Part shown: in pieces, positions 1 through 8,692 of the stretch | Position numbering within the stretch: the first letter of the stretch is position 1 | How the letters are laid out: each line of letters starts with the position of its first letter | Position numbers and translations under genes: made by a program | The notes under the pieces: model-generated | Databases searched by the model: none | Seen by the model: the letters and a program-made list of their open reading frames with translations, nothing else | Told to the model about the DNA's origin: nothing | Assembly: GCA_034003985.1 (NCBI GenBank) | Contig: JAVEXP010000002.1 | Coordinates: 80,789 to 144,788, forward strand | Origin: Patescibacteria group bacterium | GTDB lineage: Bacteria; Patescibacteriota; Patescibacteriia; Buchananbacterales; UBA6539 | DNA length: 64,000 nt | Direction: 5' to 3'

Positions 1-132
1 CATTGTTAAAGTCAGATTGCAAGGGGCTTGCGCCGGCTGTCCGATGTCACAACTTACTTTGCAAGAAGGCATTGGTCGAGTTTTAAGGAATAAAGTCAAG
101 GGGTTTAAAAGTATTGAAGCTGTTTAAAGTAT

Positions 133-1293
133 ATGCCTCAAATTTATTTTGATCATGCCTCAACCACGCCGGTTGATCCGGAAGTGTTTGAGGCGATGAA
201 GCCTTATTTTTTGGATAAGTTTGGTAACGCTTCGTCACTTCATAATTATGGCCAGGAATCATTGGCGGCCGTTGAAAATTCCAAAAAGGTAATTGCTGAT
301 TTTTTGAATTGCAAAACCACCGAAATATTTTTTACTTCCGGGGCGACCGAAAGCGACAATCTTGTTATTTTGGGTTTGGCGAAAAAAGGCGAGCATATTA
401 TTACCTCAAAAATTGAACACCCGGCGATTTTGGAACCAGTTTCTCAATTAGCTAAGCAGGGGGTTGAAGTAACTTATTTGGATGTCGACAGTCATGGTTT
501 GGTCTCGTTGACTGACATCAAAGAAGCGGTCAAGGAAAATACCAGACTAATTTCAATCATGTATGTCAATAACGAAATTGGTACCATTCAGCCGATTGCC
601 GAGATTGGCGCTTGGCTTAAAGAACTGAATCAAACGCGGCAAAATAAAATTTATTTTCATACCGACGCCGTTCAAGCCGTTAATTACTGTGAGATGGATA
701 TTGCTAAACTCGGCGTGGATTTGCTTTCGCTTTCAGCCCACAAAATTTATGGACCAAAAGGAATTGGTGTTTTGTACTGTAAAACCGGGGTACCTTTGCA
801 CCCGATTCAGTTTGGCGGTCATCAGCAAAAGGGAATGCGTCCCGGCACAATTAACACCCCGGGAATTGTCGGTCTGGCCAAGGCCATTGAATTGGTTGTT
901 CAAAACTTCACTAGTGACAATGAAAGACTTAAAAAACTTCGGGATGATCTGATCACCAGAGTTTTAGCGACCATCCCCAAATCGCAGCTTAATGGTGATT
1001 TGAAAAAGCGGGTTGCGAATAACGCTCATTTCAGTTTTTATGGCGTTGAAGGTGAAAGTATGCTGCTGCTGCTTGATCAAGAGGGCGTCGCAGTTTCGAC
1101 CGGATCGGCTTGCGCTTCCGGCTCGCTTGAGCCTTCTTATGTCCTAATGAGTTTGGGCATGGATGTCCTTTTTGCCCACGGCAGTCTGCGCATAACTTTG
1201 GGGAAATCTAATACTCAGCAAGATATCGATTATTTGGTTGCCAAATTACCGCCGATTGTTGAGAAGCTGAGAAAGATTTCACCAATCAAATAA
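133..1293 (+). CDS. iscS: Cysteine desulfurase, class V aminotransferase (IscS/NifS family)
   Basis: 386-aa ORF; PLP-lysine motif SLSAHKIYGPKGIGVLY; active-site Cys loop STGSACASGS near the C-terminus; AGGA-like RBS upstream. Confidence 0.85.
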   Translation: MPQIYFDHASTTPVDPEVFEAMKPYFLDKFGNASSLHNYGQESLAAVENSKKVIADFLNCKTTEIFFTSGATESDNLVILGLAKKGEHIITSKIEHPAILEPVSQLAKQGVEVTYLDVDSHGLVSLTDIKEAVKENTRLISIMYVNNEIGTIQPIAEIGAWLKELNQTRQNKIYFHTDAVQAVNYCEMDIAKLGVDLLSLSAHKIYGPKGIGVLYCKTGVPLHPIQFGGHQQKGMRPGTINTPGIVGLAKAIELVVQNFTSDNERLKKLRDDLITRVLATIPKSQLNGDLKKRVANNAHFSFYGVEGESMLLLLDQEGVAVSTGSACASGSLEPSYVLMSLGMDVLFAHGSLRITLGKSNTQQDIDYLVAKLPPIVEKLRKISPIK

Positions 1294-1300
1294 CCTTCAT

Positions 1301-1696
1301 TTATTTGAAGAAACTTAAAACCTTGGCTGATAATATTGCCACGCTACCGGTCAGCACCGCCCCCCAGATTAAGTCAATAATAGTCATTTTTAAAGGCCAA
1401 TTTTTTATTACCGCTAAAGAAGTTAGATCAAAAGTAGCATAAGCGATAAAACCAAACAGCGCTCCCATTAATAACACTTTTGTTAAATTTTGCTGATAGG
1501 GATAAACGATAAAAACCAAAATTCCGACTACATAAATCGCGTAAAAAATTATTGCCGCCAGCCAATTCGGATTCGGGCGCATTAGCTGCCCAAGTTGTTG
1601 CTGGTAAATATTTTTAGCCACCATCCCTAGCCAGACCAGATCAATGGCTAAAAAAATAATTAAACTAATGAGGTAGTGACTGATAATTTTAGTCAT
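1301..1696 (-). CDS. Small polytopic membrane protein (about 4 TM helices), function unknown
   Basis: 131-aa ORF, strongly hydrophobic segments (LISLIIFLAIDLVWLGMV, AIIFYAIYVVGILVFIV, LLMGALFGFIAYATF, IWGAVLTGSVAILSA); abuts the mnmA stop. Confidence 0.55.
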   Translation of the reverse strand: MTKIISHYLISLIIFLAIDLVWLGMVAKNIYQQQLGQLMRPNPNWLAAIIFYAIYVVGILVFIVYPYQQNLTKVLLMGALFGFIAYATFDLTSLAVIKNWPLKMTIIDLIWGAVLTGSVAILSAKVLSFFK

Positions 1697-2789
1697 ATTT
1701 TTTTACTTTAATAATTTTTCCCCCGCCCAAGCAGATATTCTTATTATAAAATACCGCGTATTGTCCCGGGGTAATGGCTTTTTGCGGTTTGCTAAAAGTT
1801 AAGATGCCGCTGCCATTGTTTGTTTCCAGCTTGGCTTTGGCCGCCGAATGTTGCGATCTGATTTTAGCTTTGACTGTAATTGGCTTGGTCGGTTTTGGCT
1901 GGGAAATAAAATTACAGGGTTTTAAAGTTGTCTGGAGTCCGTTTAAATCAGCGGCTGATTTGGAGACTAATAAAGTATTATCTTTTAAATCAAAACCAAC
2001 CACAAAGTAAGGGCCGCCGGCCAGCTTGATTCCTTTGCGTTGGCCAATGGTATAAAAATGAAGTCCCAAGTGACTGCCTAAAATTTTACCGTCCAAGTTT
2101 TTAATCGGTCCTTCTTTCAGGCCGATTGATTTGGTCAAAAAACTGTTCAGGCTTTTGCCCGAGACAAAACAAAAGTCCTGGCTTTGTTTGCGTTTTTCGT
2201 AAAAACTAAAACCCGCAGCTTGGGCCATGGCTATTACTTCACTTTTGGTATATTTTCCCAAAGGCAAGATTATTTTTCCAAGCAATTTTTGGGGTAAAAA
2301 AGCCAAGGAGTAGGTTTGGTCTTTGGCTAAGTCTTTGGCTTTTAGTAACTGACATAATTTGGTTTTGGAATTTTGGCGGATTTGGGCATAATGACCGGTG
2401 GCCACATAATTGGCCCCCAATTTTTTGGCCGCTTTGAACAGTTGATCAAATTTCAGTTGGGGATTGCAGACCACGCAAGGATTGGGGGTCAAATTTTTTT
2501 TCAGCTCATCCGTGAAATAATCAATTACGGTTTTTTGAAATTCTTGCGAGACATCAATGATATGGTAGGGGATATCCAGTTTTTGGCAGACATATTTGGC
2601 AATTTTGAATGATTCGCTGTCGCAGCAGACATTTTCGCGCAGTTGATTTTCTTTGTCTTGCCAGACGGCGTATTTCAAGGAAACGCCGATTGGTTCAAAA
2701 CCTTGTTGCTTCAGCAATATTAAAGAAACCGACGAATCAACTCCGCCGGACATGCCAACTATCACTTTTTTATTTTTTGTTTTAGTCAT
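1689..2789 (-). CDS. mnmA: tRNA-specific 2-thiouridylase MnmA
   Basis: PP-loop SGGVDSS at N-terminus, C-terminal tRNA-binding region; start placed at internal Met (MTKTKNKKVIVGMSGGVDSS, ATG at 2789) because the ORF-track start (2825) would overlap the upstream Nudix gene. Confidence 0.85.
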   Translation of the reverse strand: MTKTKNKKVIVGMSGGVDSSVSLILLKQQGFEPIGVSLKYAVWQDKENQLRENVCCDSESFKIAKYVCQKLDIPYHIIDVSQEFQKTVIDYFTDELKKNLTPNPCVVCNPQLKFDQLFKAAKKLGANYVATGHYAQIRQNSKTKLCQLLKAKDLAKDQTYSLAFLPQKLLGKIILPLGKYTKSEVIAMAQAAGFSFYEKRKQSQDFCFVSGKSLNSFLTKSIGLKEGPIKNLDGKILGSHLGLHFYTIGQRKGIKLAGGPYFVVGFDLKDNTLLVSKSAADLNGLQTTLKPCNFISQPKPTKPITVKAKIRSQHSAAKAKLETNNGSGILTFSKPQKAITPGQYAVFYNKNICLGGGKIIKVKKYD

Positions 2790-2803
2790 TGGGCTAACAA
2801 ATA

Positions 2804-3307
2804 TTACACAGCTTCCAGCTTCCAATCAATGATTTTGATATCTTTGTCGTACAAAAATTCTCCTTTCAGTTTTTCTCCGTTTAAAATGCGCGGTAGGTAA
2901 TAAGCGGCATCCGGCCACATTAAATTTAGTGGAATTTTTTGAAGCTCAAACCATTGTGGCTCAATCTCCTGAGTTGGCGAGACTTGCCCTTGGAATTTAT
3001 GGCCGATGAAATAATGAACCCGAAAATTCCAATTGGTAAACTGTTTTGTCAGGGGAAAATAAAAATCAATTATTGCCACTTCTTCAAAATCCAATGGTGT
3101 GACTTTGATTTCTTCTTGGGTTTCTCTGATGACCGTTTGATAAATCGTTTCACCCATTTCAACTTTGCCGCCTATGCCCAGCCATTTGCCTTCTCCTAAT
3201 CCTTTGATTTTTTTGCCTAATAATACTTTGTCATTCTGAATAATATATAAACCGGTGCTGACTTTGAGCTCTTGTTTTAAGGCTTGTTTGTGTTCAGCTA
3301 GATTCAT
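2804..3307 (-). CDS. Nudix hydrolase (MutT-like)
   Basis: Nudix box GGKVEMGETIYQTVIRETQEEIKV (G-x5-E-x7-REUxEExGU pattern). Confidence 0.75.
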   Translation of the reverse strand: MNLAEHKQALKQELKVSTGLYIIQNDKVLLGKKIKGLGEGKWLGIGGKVEMGETIYQTVIRETQEEIKVTPLDFEEVAIIDFYFPLTKQFTNWNFRVHYFIGHKFQGQVSPTQEIEPQWFELQKIPLNLMWPDAAYYLPRILNGEKLKGEFLYDKDIKIIDWKLEAV

Positions 3308-3316
3308 GGTTTTGTT

Positions 3317-3393
3317 TTGGTCGGGCTGGCGGGACTCGAACCCGCGACCTCAGCGTCCCGAACGCTGCGCGCTAGCCAACTGCGCTACAGCCC
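3317..3393 (-). tRNA. tRNA-Pro (anticodon CGG)
   Basis: Hand-folded cloverleaf on minus strand: acceptor CGGGCTG/CAGCCCG, D-stem GCGC/GCGC, anticodon stem CAGCG/CGCTG with loop TTCGGGA (anticodon CGG, G37), T-arm GCGGG-TTCGAGT-CCCGC, discriminator A, encoded CCA. Confidence 0.8.
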
Positions 3394-3447
3394 GATGGCA
3401 TTTATTAGTCTAGCGGTTTTTATCAATAAAATCAACTATCTTTTTTT

Positions 3448-3491
3448 AAAAAAAATAGAGGGTCGTGCCGGCAGGAGTGGCATCGACCCTC
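3448..3491 (-). terminator. Rho-independent terminator for the GC-rich minus-strand gene
   Basis: Hairpin GAGGGTCG(18 nt loop)CGACCCTC at 3458-3491, followed on the minus strand by a T-run (A-run 3448-3456 on plus). Confidence 0.55.
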
Positions 3492-3510
3492 AGGGGGTGG
3501 GGGGTGAGGA

Positions 3511-3957
3511 TCATCTTGGATTGGGGCGTTTGGGGGTCAGTATGCCTGACCACTGGACTGCCGCCATGGTAGCGGCAACAACAATGGCGATACTCAGCCA
3601 CATCAGGGCATGCCCTAATAGTGGCTTTTCTTGCCAAAGCCCAGTTCGGCCCATCTCGACCAGGGTTGGCCATACGAATTTGACCATGAAGGTCACCCCG
3701 CCCATGAAAACGATCACGGGTGAGAAAAATCGTACGGTTCTCCCGGTCAAGTTCAGTCCGGCCAAAACCCATTTCCGGTGCAGCAGGTCAATCAGCCCGA
3801 GGCTGATGCAGATGAGTGAAACGAGAGCCAGTCCAGCCCAGACGACATATTGGGCAATGTGCCCAGCTGTCGTTTCGGGACCAAGCGGCTGCCACAGCAA
3901 TCCACTCACCAATACCACTGCCAGAAGTCCAAGGTTTACTTTCGTAACGATCCACAT
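3511..3957 (-). CDS. Small 4-TM membrane protein encoded in a GC-rich (~57% GC) island; family unknown
   Basis: 148-aa hydrophobic ORF (four ~20-aa hydrophobic helices); its GC content is far above the surrounding ~40% GC; the overlapping plus-strand ORF runs into the tRNA and is judged spurious. Confidence 0.5.
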   Translation of the reverse strand: MWIVTKVNLGLLAVVLVSGLLWQPLGPETTAGHIAQYVVWAGLALVSLICISLGLIDLLHRKWVLAGLNLTGRTVRFFSPVIVFMGGVTFMVKFVWPTLVEMGRTGLWQEKPLLGHALMWLSIAIVVAATMAAVQWSGILTPKRPNPR

Positions 3958-4220
3958 GCTACAGGGGTCCTTTCTTGGTTGGTTGCTTAATTTGGTTGCA
4001 GCCCAATTTTCGCAGCCCTCTTGCGCCCAAGAATTTAGGATAATGATATTATAGCATATTTAATAAATGTTGTCAATAGTTATGGCTTTTGACCAAATAT
4101 CTGGTTAAGGGTAGAATATAATAGCCTATATTTGCCTTAAAATTGCGTTTTTTGGCCCCATTAATCAATTTTTGGTATCCAAGGCTTAAATATCAATTTT
4201 CTCCTAAAATTAACAAAACA

Positions 4221-5471
4221 ATGGACTTATTTGACCAAAAGTTAGAGCAGGATTTAAAAAGCCATTCACCTTTGGCTGATCGCATGCGGCCTCAGGCTTT
4301 GCAGGATTTTATTGGTCAAAAAGATGTGGTTGGCACCGGTAAATTATTGCGTCAGGCTATTGAAAAGGATGAAATTCCCTCCATGATTTTTTGGGGACCG
4401 CCGGGTACGGGCAAAAGCACTTTGGCCAGAATCATCGCCAAATTGACCAAATCAACTTTTGTTCAGCTTTCAGCGGTCAGTTCGGGGGTCAAGGATTTTC
4501 GGGAAATCGTCAAAACCGCCGCTGACCGGCGCAAATTCAACGGCCAGCGCACTATTTTGTTTATTGATGAAATTCATCGTTGGAATAAAGCCCAGCAGGA
4601 TGCTTTATTGCCTTATGTTGAACAAGGCTTAATCACTTTGATTGGCGCTACTACCGAGAATCCCAGTTTTGAAGTGGTGTCCGCCTTGCTTTCTCGCTGC
4701 CGGGTTTTTGTTTTGCAGCAGCTGACCGAACATGATCTGGAAATAATTTTGTCTCGGGCCATCAAAGAAGGTTTTGGTGAACTTAAAGTTCAAGCCGATG
4801 ATCAAATTATCAGATATTTGGCCAGCCTTTCCAACGGCGATGCCCGCGTGGCGCTCAATGCCTTGGAGTTTGCGGTCAGATCAAGTCAAACCAAAAATGA
4901 CGGCGAGGTGACTTTGGACCGGGAAATTATCAAAGAATCATTGCAAAAATCAAGCTATCTTTATGATAAAGACGGTGAGCAACATTACAACTTGATTTCG
5001 GCGCTGCACAAGTCCGTTCGGGGCAATAATGCCGATGCGGCCTTGTATTGGCTTGGCCGGATGCTGGAAGCCGGCGAGGAGCCGCTCTATGTCGCGCGGC
5101 GGTTGGTTAGAATGGCGGTGGAAGATATTGGTTTGGCCGATCCTCGTGCTTTGGAACAAGCCGTGGCTTGCCATCAGGCTTGTCATTTTATCGGGATGCC
5201 GGAATGTGATATTATTTTGGGTCAATGCGTGGTTTATCTGGCGCGCGCGCCAAAATCGGTGGAAGTCTATCGGGCTTACGGCCAGGTCAAAGAGGATGTC
5301 AAAAATACTATGGACCAGCCGGTGCCGCTGCACTTGCGCAATGCTCCCACCAAGCTGATGAAGGATTTGAATTACGGCAAAGACTATAAATACTCACCCG
5401 ACTATGATTGGCAGGAAGACCAAGATTATTTTCCCTTGGAATTAAAAAATCGAAAATATCTTGATAATTAG
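4221..5471 (+). CDS. rarA: Replication-associated recombination protein A (RarA/MgsA AAA+ ATPase)
   Basis: Walker A GPPGTGKSTLARIIA, Walker B ILFIDEIHRWNK, C-terminal MgsA helical domain; start moved to MDLFDQ (ATG 4221), a typical RarA N-terminus, rather than the upstream in-frame extension. Confidence 0.85.
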   Translation: MDLFDQKLEQDLKSHSPLADRMRPQALQDFIGQKDVVGTGKLLRQAIEKDEIPSMIFWGPPGTGKSTLARIIAKLTKSTFVQLSAVSSGVKDFREIVKTAADRRKFNGQRTILFIDEIHRWNKAQQDALLPYVEQGLITLIGATTENPSFEVVSALLSRCRVFVLQQLTEHDLEIILSRAIKEGFGELKVQADDQIIRYLASLSNGDARVALNALEFAVRSSQTKNDGEVTLDREIIKESLQKSSYLYDKDGEQHYNLISALHKSVRGNNADAALYWLGRMLEAGEEPLYVARRLVRMAVEDIGLADPRALEQAVACHQACHFIGMPECDIILGQCVVYLARAPKSVEVYRAYGQVKEDVKNTMDQPVPLHLRNAPTKLMKDLNYGKDYKYSPDYDWQEDQDYFPLELKNRKYLDN

Positions 5472-5482
5472 TATCAAAAAAT

Positions 5483-5929
5483 ATGGTTAGAGAAAAAACC
5501 GTCGGTGTTATTACTTTCAAACGAGATGGTCACTCAATTCGCTATTTGCTTTTGCATCACGGTGGTAGCTATTGGAATTTTCCCAAGGGCCGCCAGGAGG
5601 GGCTGGAAACCGAGCTGGAATCGGCTTTGCGGGAACTGCGGGAAGAAACCGGCATTACCAATATTAAAATCATTGACGGGTTTTGCGACGGTTATGATTA
5701 CGATTTTGATACTGTGATTGAAGATGGCGTGAAAGAAAAGGTCTGCAAACAGGCCGTTTTTTATCTGGGCGAGGTTTTGGAAAATGAGGTTAAAATTTCC
5801 GATGAGCATATTGATTATGGCTGGTTTGATTTTAAAACCGCCCAGGATCGGATGTTTTATCAGGAGGGCCGTAGCCTGCTTAAGCGGGCTCATGCCTTCC
5901 TTTCAAAACAGCATGATTTTGTGTTATAA
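5483..5929 (+). CDS. Nudix hydrolase (Ap4A-hydrolase-like)
   Basis: Nudix box GRQEGLETELESALRELREETGI. Confidence 0.75.
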   Translation: MVREKTVGVITFKRDGHSIRYLLLHHGGSYWNFPKGRQEGLETELESALRELREETGITNIKIIDGFCDGYDYDFDTVIEDGVKEKVCKQAVFYLGEVLENEVKISDEHIDYGWFDFKTAQDRMFYQEGRSLLKRAHAFLSKQHDFVL

Positions 5930-5995
5930 TTACTGATGTGAACCAAATAAAATTTATTTTTATTTGGCCCAAGCGATCATCTAATCTTTTCATGT

Positions 5996-7042
5996 ATGGA
6001 TATCAAAAAATATTTTGAAGCGGCCTTGCAGCATCAGGCCTCAGACCTCCATTTGGTTTCTGGCAATAAACCGTCGTTGCGCATCGACGGTAATTTACAG
6101 ATTATTGAAGATCAAGTTTTGGGTTCCACCGACTTGGAGGCCGCAATTTTTTCAATGATGGAGGAATCCGATATTGATGTTTATAAAAAAAATAAAGAAT
6201 TAGATATCGCTTTGGATATCAACGGCGGGCATTTTCGGGTCAACCTTCATCAGCAGGAAGGTCATATTGGCATTTCCGCTCGCGTTATTCCGGAAACCAT
6301 TCCCGATCCTCAAGATATCAATTTAGATGAAACCCTTTATCGCTTAACCCATCTTAATCAGGGCTTGATTTTGGTTACCGGCCCTTCCGGTTCCGGTAAA
6401 TCCACCACTTTGGCGGTGTTGATTGATTTGATTAACAAGGAGCGCCGGGCGCATATTATTACGATTGAAGATCCGGTTGAATTTATTTTTCATGAAAAGC
6501 AAAGCATTATTGAACAGCGGGAGCTTGGGCGCGACACCTTTTCTTTCGACGAAGCTTTAAAGCGGGCTCTGCGTCAGGATCCCAATGTCATCATGGTTGG
6601 TGAAATGCGCGATTTGGAAACAATCTCGGCCACCCTGACGGCGGCGGAGACCGGTCACTTGGTGCTGTCAACTTTGCATACCAATAATGCGCCCGAAACC
6701 ATTGAACGGATTGTCGATATGTTTCCCTCGCATCGTCAGCAGCAGATTTTGACTCAATTGTCGTCTTCTTTGCGCGCGGTGATTTGCCAGCAGATGATGC
6801 CCAAAAAAGGTGGCGGAGTAACCGTGGCACGCGAGATTCTGATTAATACGCCGGCAATTGCCAATTTGATCAGAGAGGATAAGATTGCCCATATCGCTTC
6901 GGCTATGCAGACCGGCCGCAGCGAAGGGATGGTTACGATGCAGTCATCAATTAAAAAGCTTTATGAGGAGGGAATTATTGACGAACAAGTTTATATTAAC
7001 CGAACCGGCCGGGCTGGTGACAGTTTGAGTACTTATTATTAA
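5996..7042 (+). CDS. pilT: Type IV pilus retraction ATPase PilT
   Basis: Walker A GPSGSGKSTT, Asp box/His box, PilT signature AIANLIRE (AIRNLIRE-like), ~348 aa. Confidence 0.85.
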   Translation: MDIKKYFEAALQHQASDLHLVSGNKPSLRIDGNLQIIEDQVLGSTDLEAAIFSMMEESDIDVYKKNKELDIALDINGGHFRVNLHQQEGHIGISARVIPETIPDPQDINLDETLYRLTHLNQGLILVTGPSGSGKSTTLAVLIDLINKERRAHIITIEDPVEFIFHEKQSIIEQRELGRDTFSFDEALKRALRQDPNVIMVGEMRDLETISATLTAAETGHLVLSTLHTNNAPETIERIVDMFPSHRQQQILTQLSSSLRAVICQQMMPKKGGGVTVAREILINTPAIANLIREDKIAHIASAMQTGRSEGMVTMQSSIKKLYEEGIIDEQVYINRTGRAGDSLSTYY

Positions 7043-7053
7043 TGTTTTGATTC

Positions 7054-7392
7054 ATGACTGATGAAAAATGGCAACAAGTTATCGGGCACATTAAAGATAA
7101 TTTTGACATTATTAATCAGCGGACTGAAGAATTGCCCGAAGATATCGGTCCGGGAACCGTTGAAATAATTGAATTTCAGGGGCCATTGGGCAAGATGAAG
7201 CTGGAACATACCGTCCAGCCGTTGGTGGTTGACAAAAAGACCATTGGCAGCCGGCGGATTGGCAGTGATGTAACGGTTGAGTACAGATATTCCGACACCG
7301 AAACCGTTAACAAATTCAAAGCTTACCGTTGGGATGACACCGTCAATGATTGGATCGAGATGACTATGGCCAGAGGGGAAATGATTTTTTAA
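7054..7392 (+). CDS. Hypothetical protein
   Basis: 112-aa ORF immediately after pilT, co-directional; no recognisable motif. Confidence 0.45.
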   Translation: MTDEKWQQVIGHIKDNFDIINQRTEELPEDIGPGTVEIIEFQGPLGKMKLEHTVQPLVVDKKTIGSRRIGSDVTVEYRYSDTETVNKFKAYRWDDTVNDWIEMTMARGEMIF

Positions 7393-7421
7393 AATAAAAT
7401 ATAAATTTAACATTTAAAACT

Positions 7422-7763
7422 ATGCTAAAACGAAAACAAAAAGTAGATGATTCCGAAGTTTTAAAATTCGGATTTCTGGGCGGTATGGCCCAGTCGGTTT
7501 ATATTTTGCTGATTAGCTTATTTATTCAGATTTTGGACAAATCAACCCCGCCGCCTTATCCGGCTCAAATGTGGGGTCCGGTTTTGGTTTTAATAATGTT
7601 TGTTTTCAGCGCCGGCATTTCAGCGATTTTGATGTTTGGTTATCCGGCTTATTTGGCAATGCAGCAGCGTTACGCCGAAGCTTTGATGACAGCGGTAACT
7701 AGTTTGTTAACTTTGGCGATGATTGGTATTTTTGTTTTTATGTTGCTTTCTTCTATTTACTAA
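7422..7763 (+). CDS. Hypothetical membrane protein (3 TM)
   Basis: 113-aa ORF with three hydrophobic helices. Confidence 0.5.
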   Translation: MLKRKQKVDDSEVLKFGFLGGMAQSVYILLISLFIQILDKSTPPPYPAQMWGPVLVLIMFVFSAGISAILMFGYPAYLAMQQRYAEALMTAVTSLLTLAMIGIFVFMLLSSIY

Positions 7764-8192
7764 ATGATTCACAATAGTGCTAAGAATTTAATTTGTTTTT
7801 TTCTAGCCGCTGGTTTGGTCCTTGCCGGTTGTGTTGTCAAAAGTCCGACTGACCCAGTTGATGAATTGAATATTGGTGAATTAAGCTCGCCGCCTAGTAA
7901 TGTTAACGATTCTTCCCAAGTTGCCGAACCCGATTATCAAGAGCAAGCGGCTGATTATCAGCGTCAGGTTAGGGAAATTATTGGTGATTATCGGATTAGT
8001 CAAAGTTTCTTGGGAATTAAAGATAGCTTATTGGTTTTAACGGTGCCGGCAGGTGATTTGGATTTTCATTTTAATTTGGTGCTTGACTTTGAACTGCTTG
8101 AGCAAGCGGCTGATAATAATGACCAAAGTGAGTTTTCGTCCGTCAAGCTCCGGATTGAGGATTTAATTAATCAAACCGAGTGGTTAAATTAA
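7764..8192 (+). CDS. Putative lipoprotein
   Basis: Signal peptide with lipobox LAG-C (FFLAAGLVLAGCVV); acidic mature part. Confidence 0.55.
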   Translation: MIHNSAKNLICFFLAAGLVLAGCVVKSPTDPVDELNIGELSSPPSNVNDSSQVAEPDYQEQAADYQRQVREIIGDYRISQSFLGIKDSLLVLTVPAGDLDFHFNLVLDFELLEQAADNNDQSEFSSVKLRIEDLINQTEWLN

Positions 8193-8199
8193 TAACAAT

Positions 8200-8688
8200 A
8201 TGATCAAAAAGAAACAAGGCATCACTCTTATTGAATTGATGGTTGCTTTTTTGATTATTACCATGATTGCCACCGTGGGGATTATTTCCATTAAAAACAC
8301 CCGGGCCAAATCGCGCGATGCCAAAAGAGCCTATGACATTCAGCAGTATGCCAAGGCATTGCGGCTTTATGCCCAGGATCACGGTAATAATTTCCCGGCC
8401 GCCAACGGTTACCTGGGTCGGGGGAGCGAGTTGGATGAAATGTTAAGACCGTATTTTAGAGATTTACCCAAGGATCCTTTGGATACCGGCGGTGATTCTA
8501 TGCTTGATTATTACTATTATTATGTCGCTAGTAATGTCTGTCTGGGTGTAAATTATCCTACCGTTCATGCTCAAAATATGGAGACCGATAAGTCAGAGCT
8601 CAACGATAATACTTGCACCGATGGTCTGGGCGGTAGCGATAATGGCTATGCCGATCAGGCTGATTTTTTGGCCATAATATTTTATTAA
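8200..8688 (+). CDS. Type IV pilin / pseudopilin (prepilin-type N-terminal cleavage/methylation domain)
   Basis: N-terminus MIKKKQG-ITLIELMVAFLIITMIA matches the class III signal (G|xTLIELMV) processed by prepilin peptidase; 162 aa. Confidence 0.75.
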   Translation: MIKKKQGITLIELMVAFLIITMIATVGIISIKNTRAKSRDAKRAYDIQQYAKALRLYAQDHGNNFPAANGYLGRGSELDEMLRPYFRDLPKDPLDTGGDSMLDYYYYYVASNVCLGVNYPTVHAQNMETDKSELNDNTCTDGLGGSDNGYADQADFLAIIFY

Positions 8689-8692
8689 AATA

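Noticed and set aside
689-952. 87-aa ORF internal to the cysteine desulfurase gene and similar short internal/antisense ORFs listed in the track (e.g. 1774..2010, 2373..2612, 2939..3199, 4950..5333, 5029..5358)
   Set aside because: Fully contained within well-supported longer genes in other frames; no RBS or conservation-like features
3446-3772. 108-aa minus-strand ORF
   Set aside because: Alternative frame of the same GC-rich patch; Arg/Gly/Pro-rich, overlaps the terminator hairpin; judged spurious
3317-4054. 245-aa plus-strand ORF from the six-frame track
   Set aside because: Begins inside the tRNA-Pro gene, runs antisense to the better-supported hydrophobic minus-strand ORF and translates to low-complexity Pro/Ser/Arg-rich sequence typical of GC-rich out-of-frame artefacts
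3394-4060. Calling the GC-rich tRNA-adjacent patch a mobile element/genomic island feature
   Set aside because: No integrase, transposase, att-like direct repeat or other mobility gene visible; kept only as a compositional finding
4143-4220. N-terminal extension of rarA in the ORF track (MRFLAPLINF...)
   Set aside because: Hydrophobic/aromatic junk preceding a canonical RarA N-terminus that starts at the internal Met (4221)
5946-5970. AT-only inverted repeat CCAAATAAAA-tttat-TTTTATTTGG between the Nudix gene and pilT
   Set aside because: Stem is almost entirely A/T, so unlikely to be a stable terminator; could be incidental in AT-rich intergenic DNA
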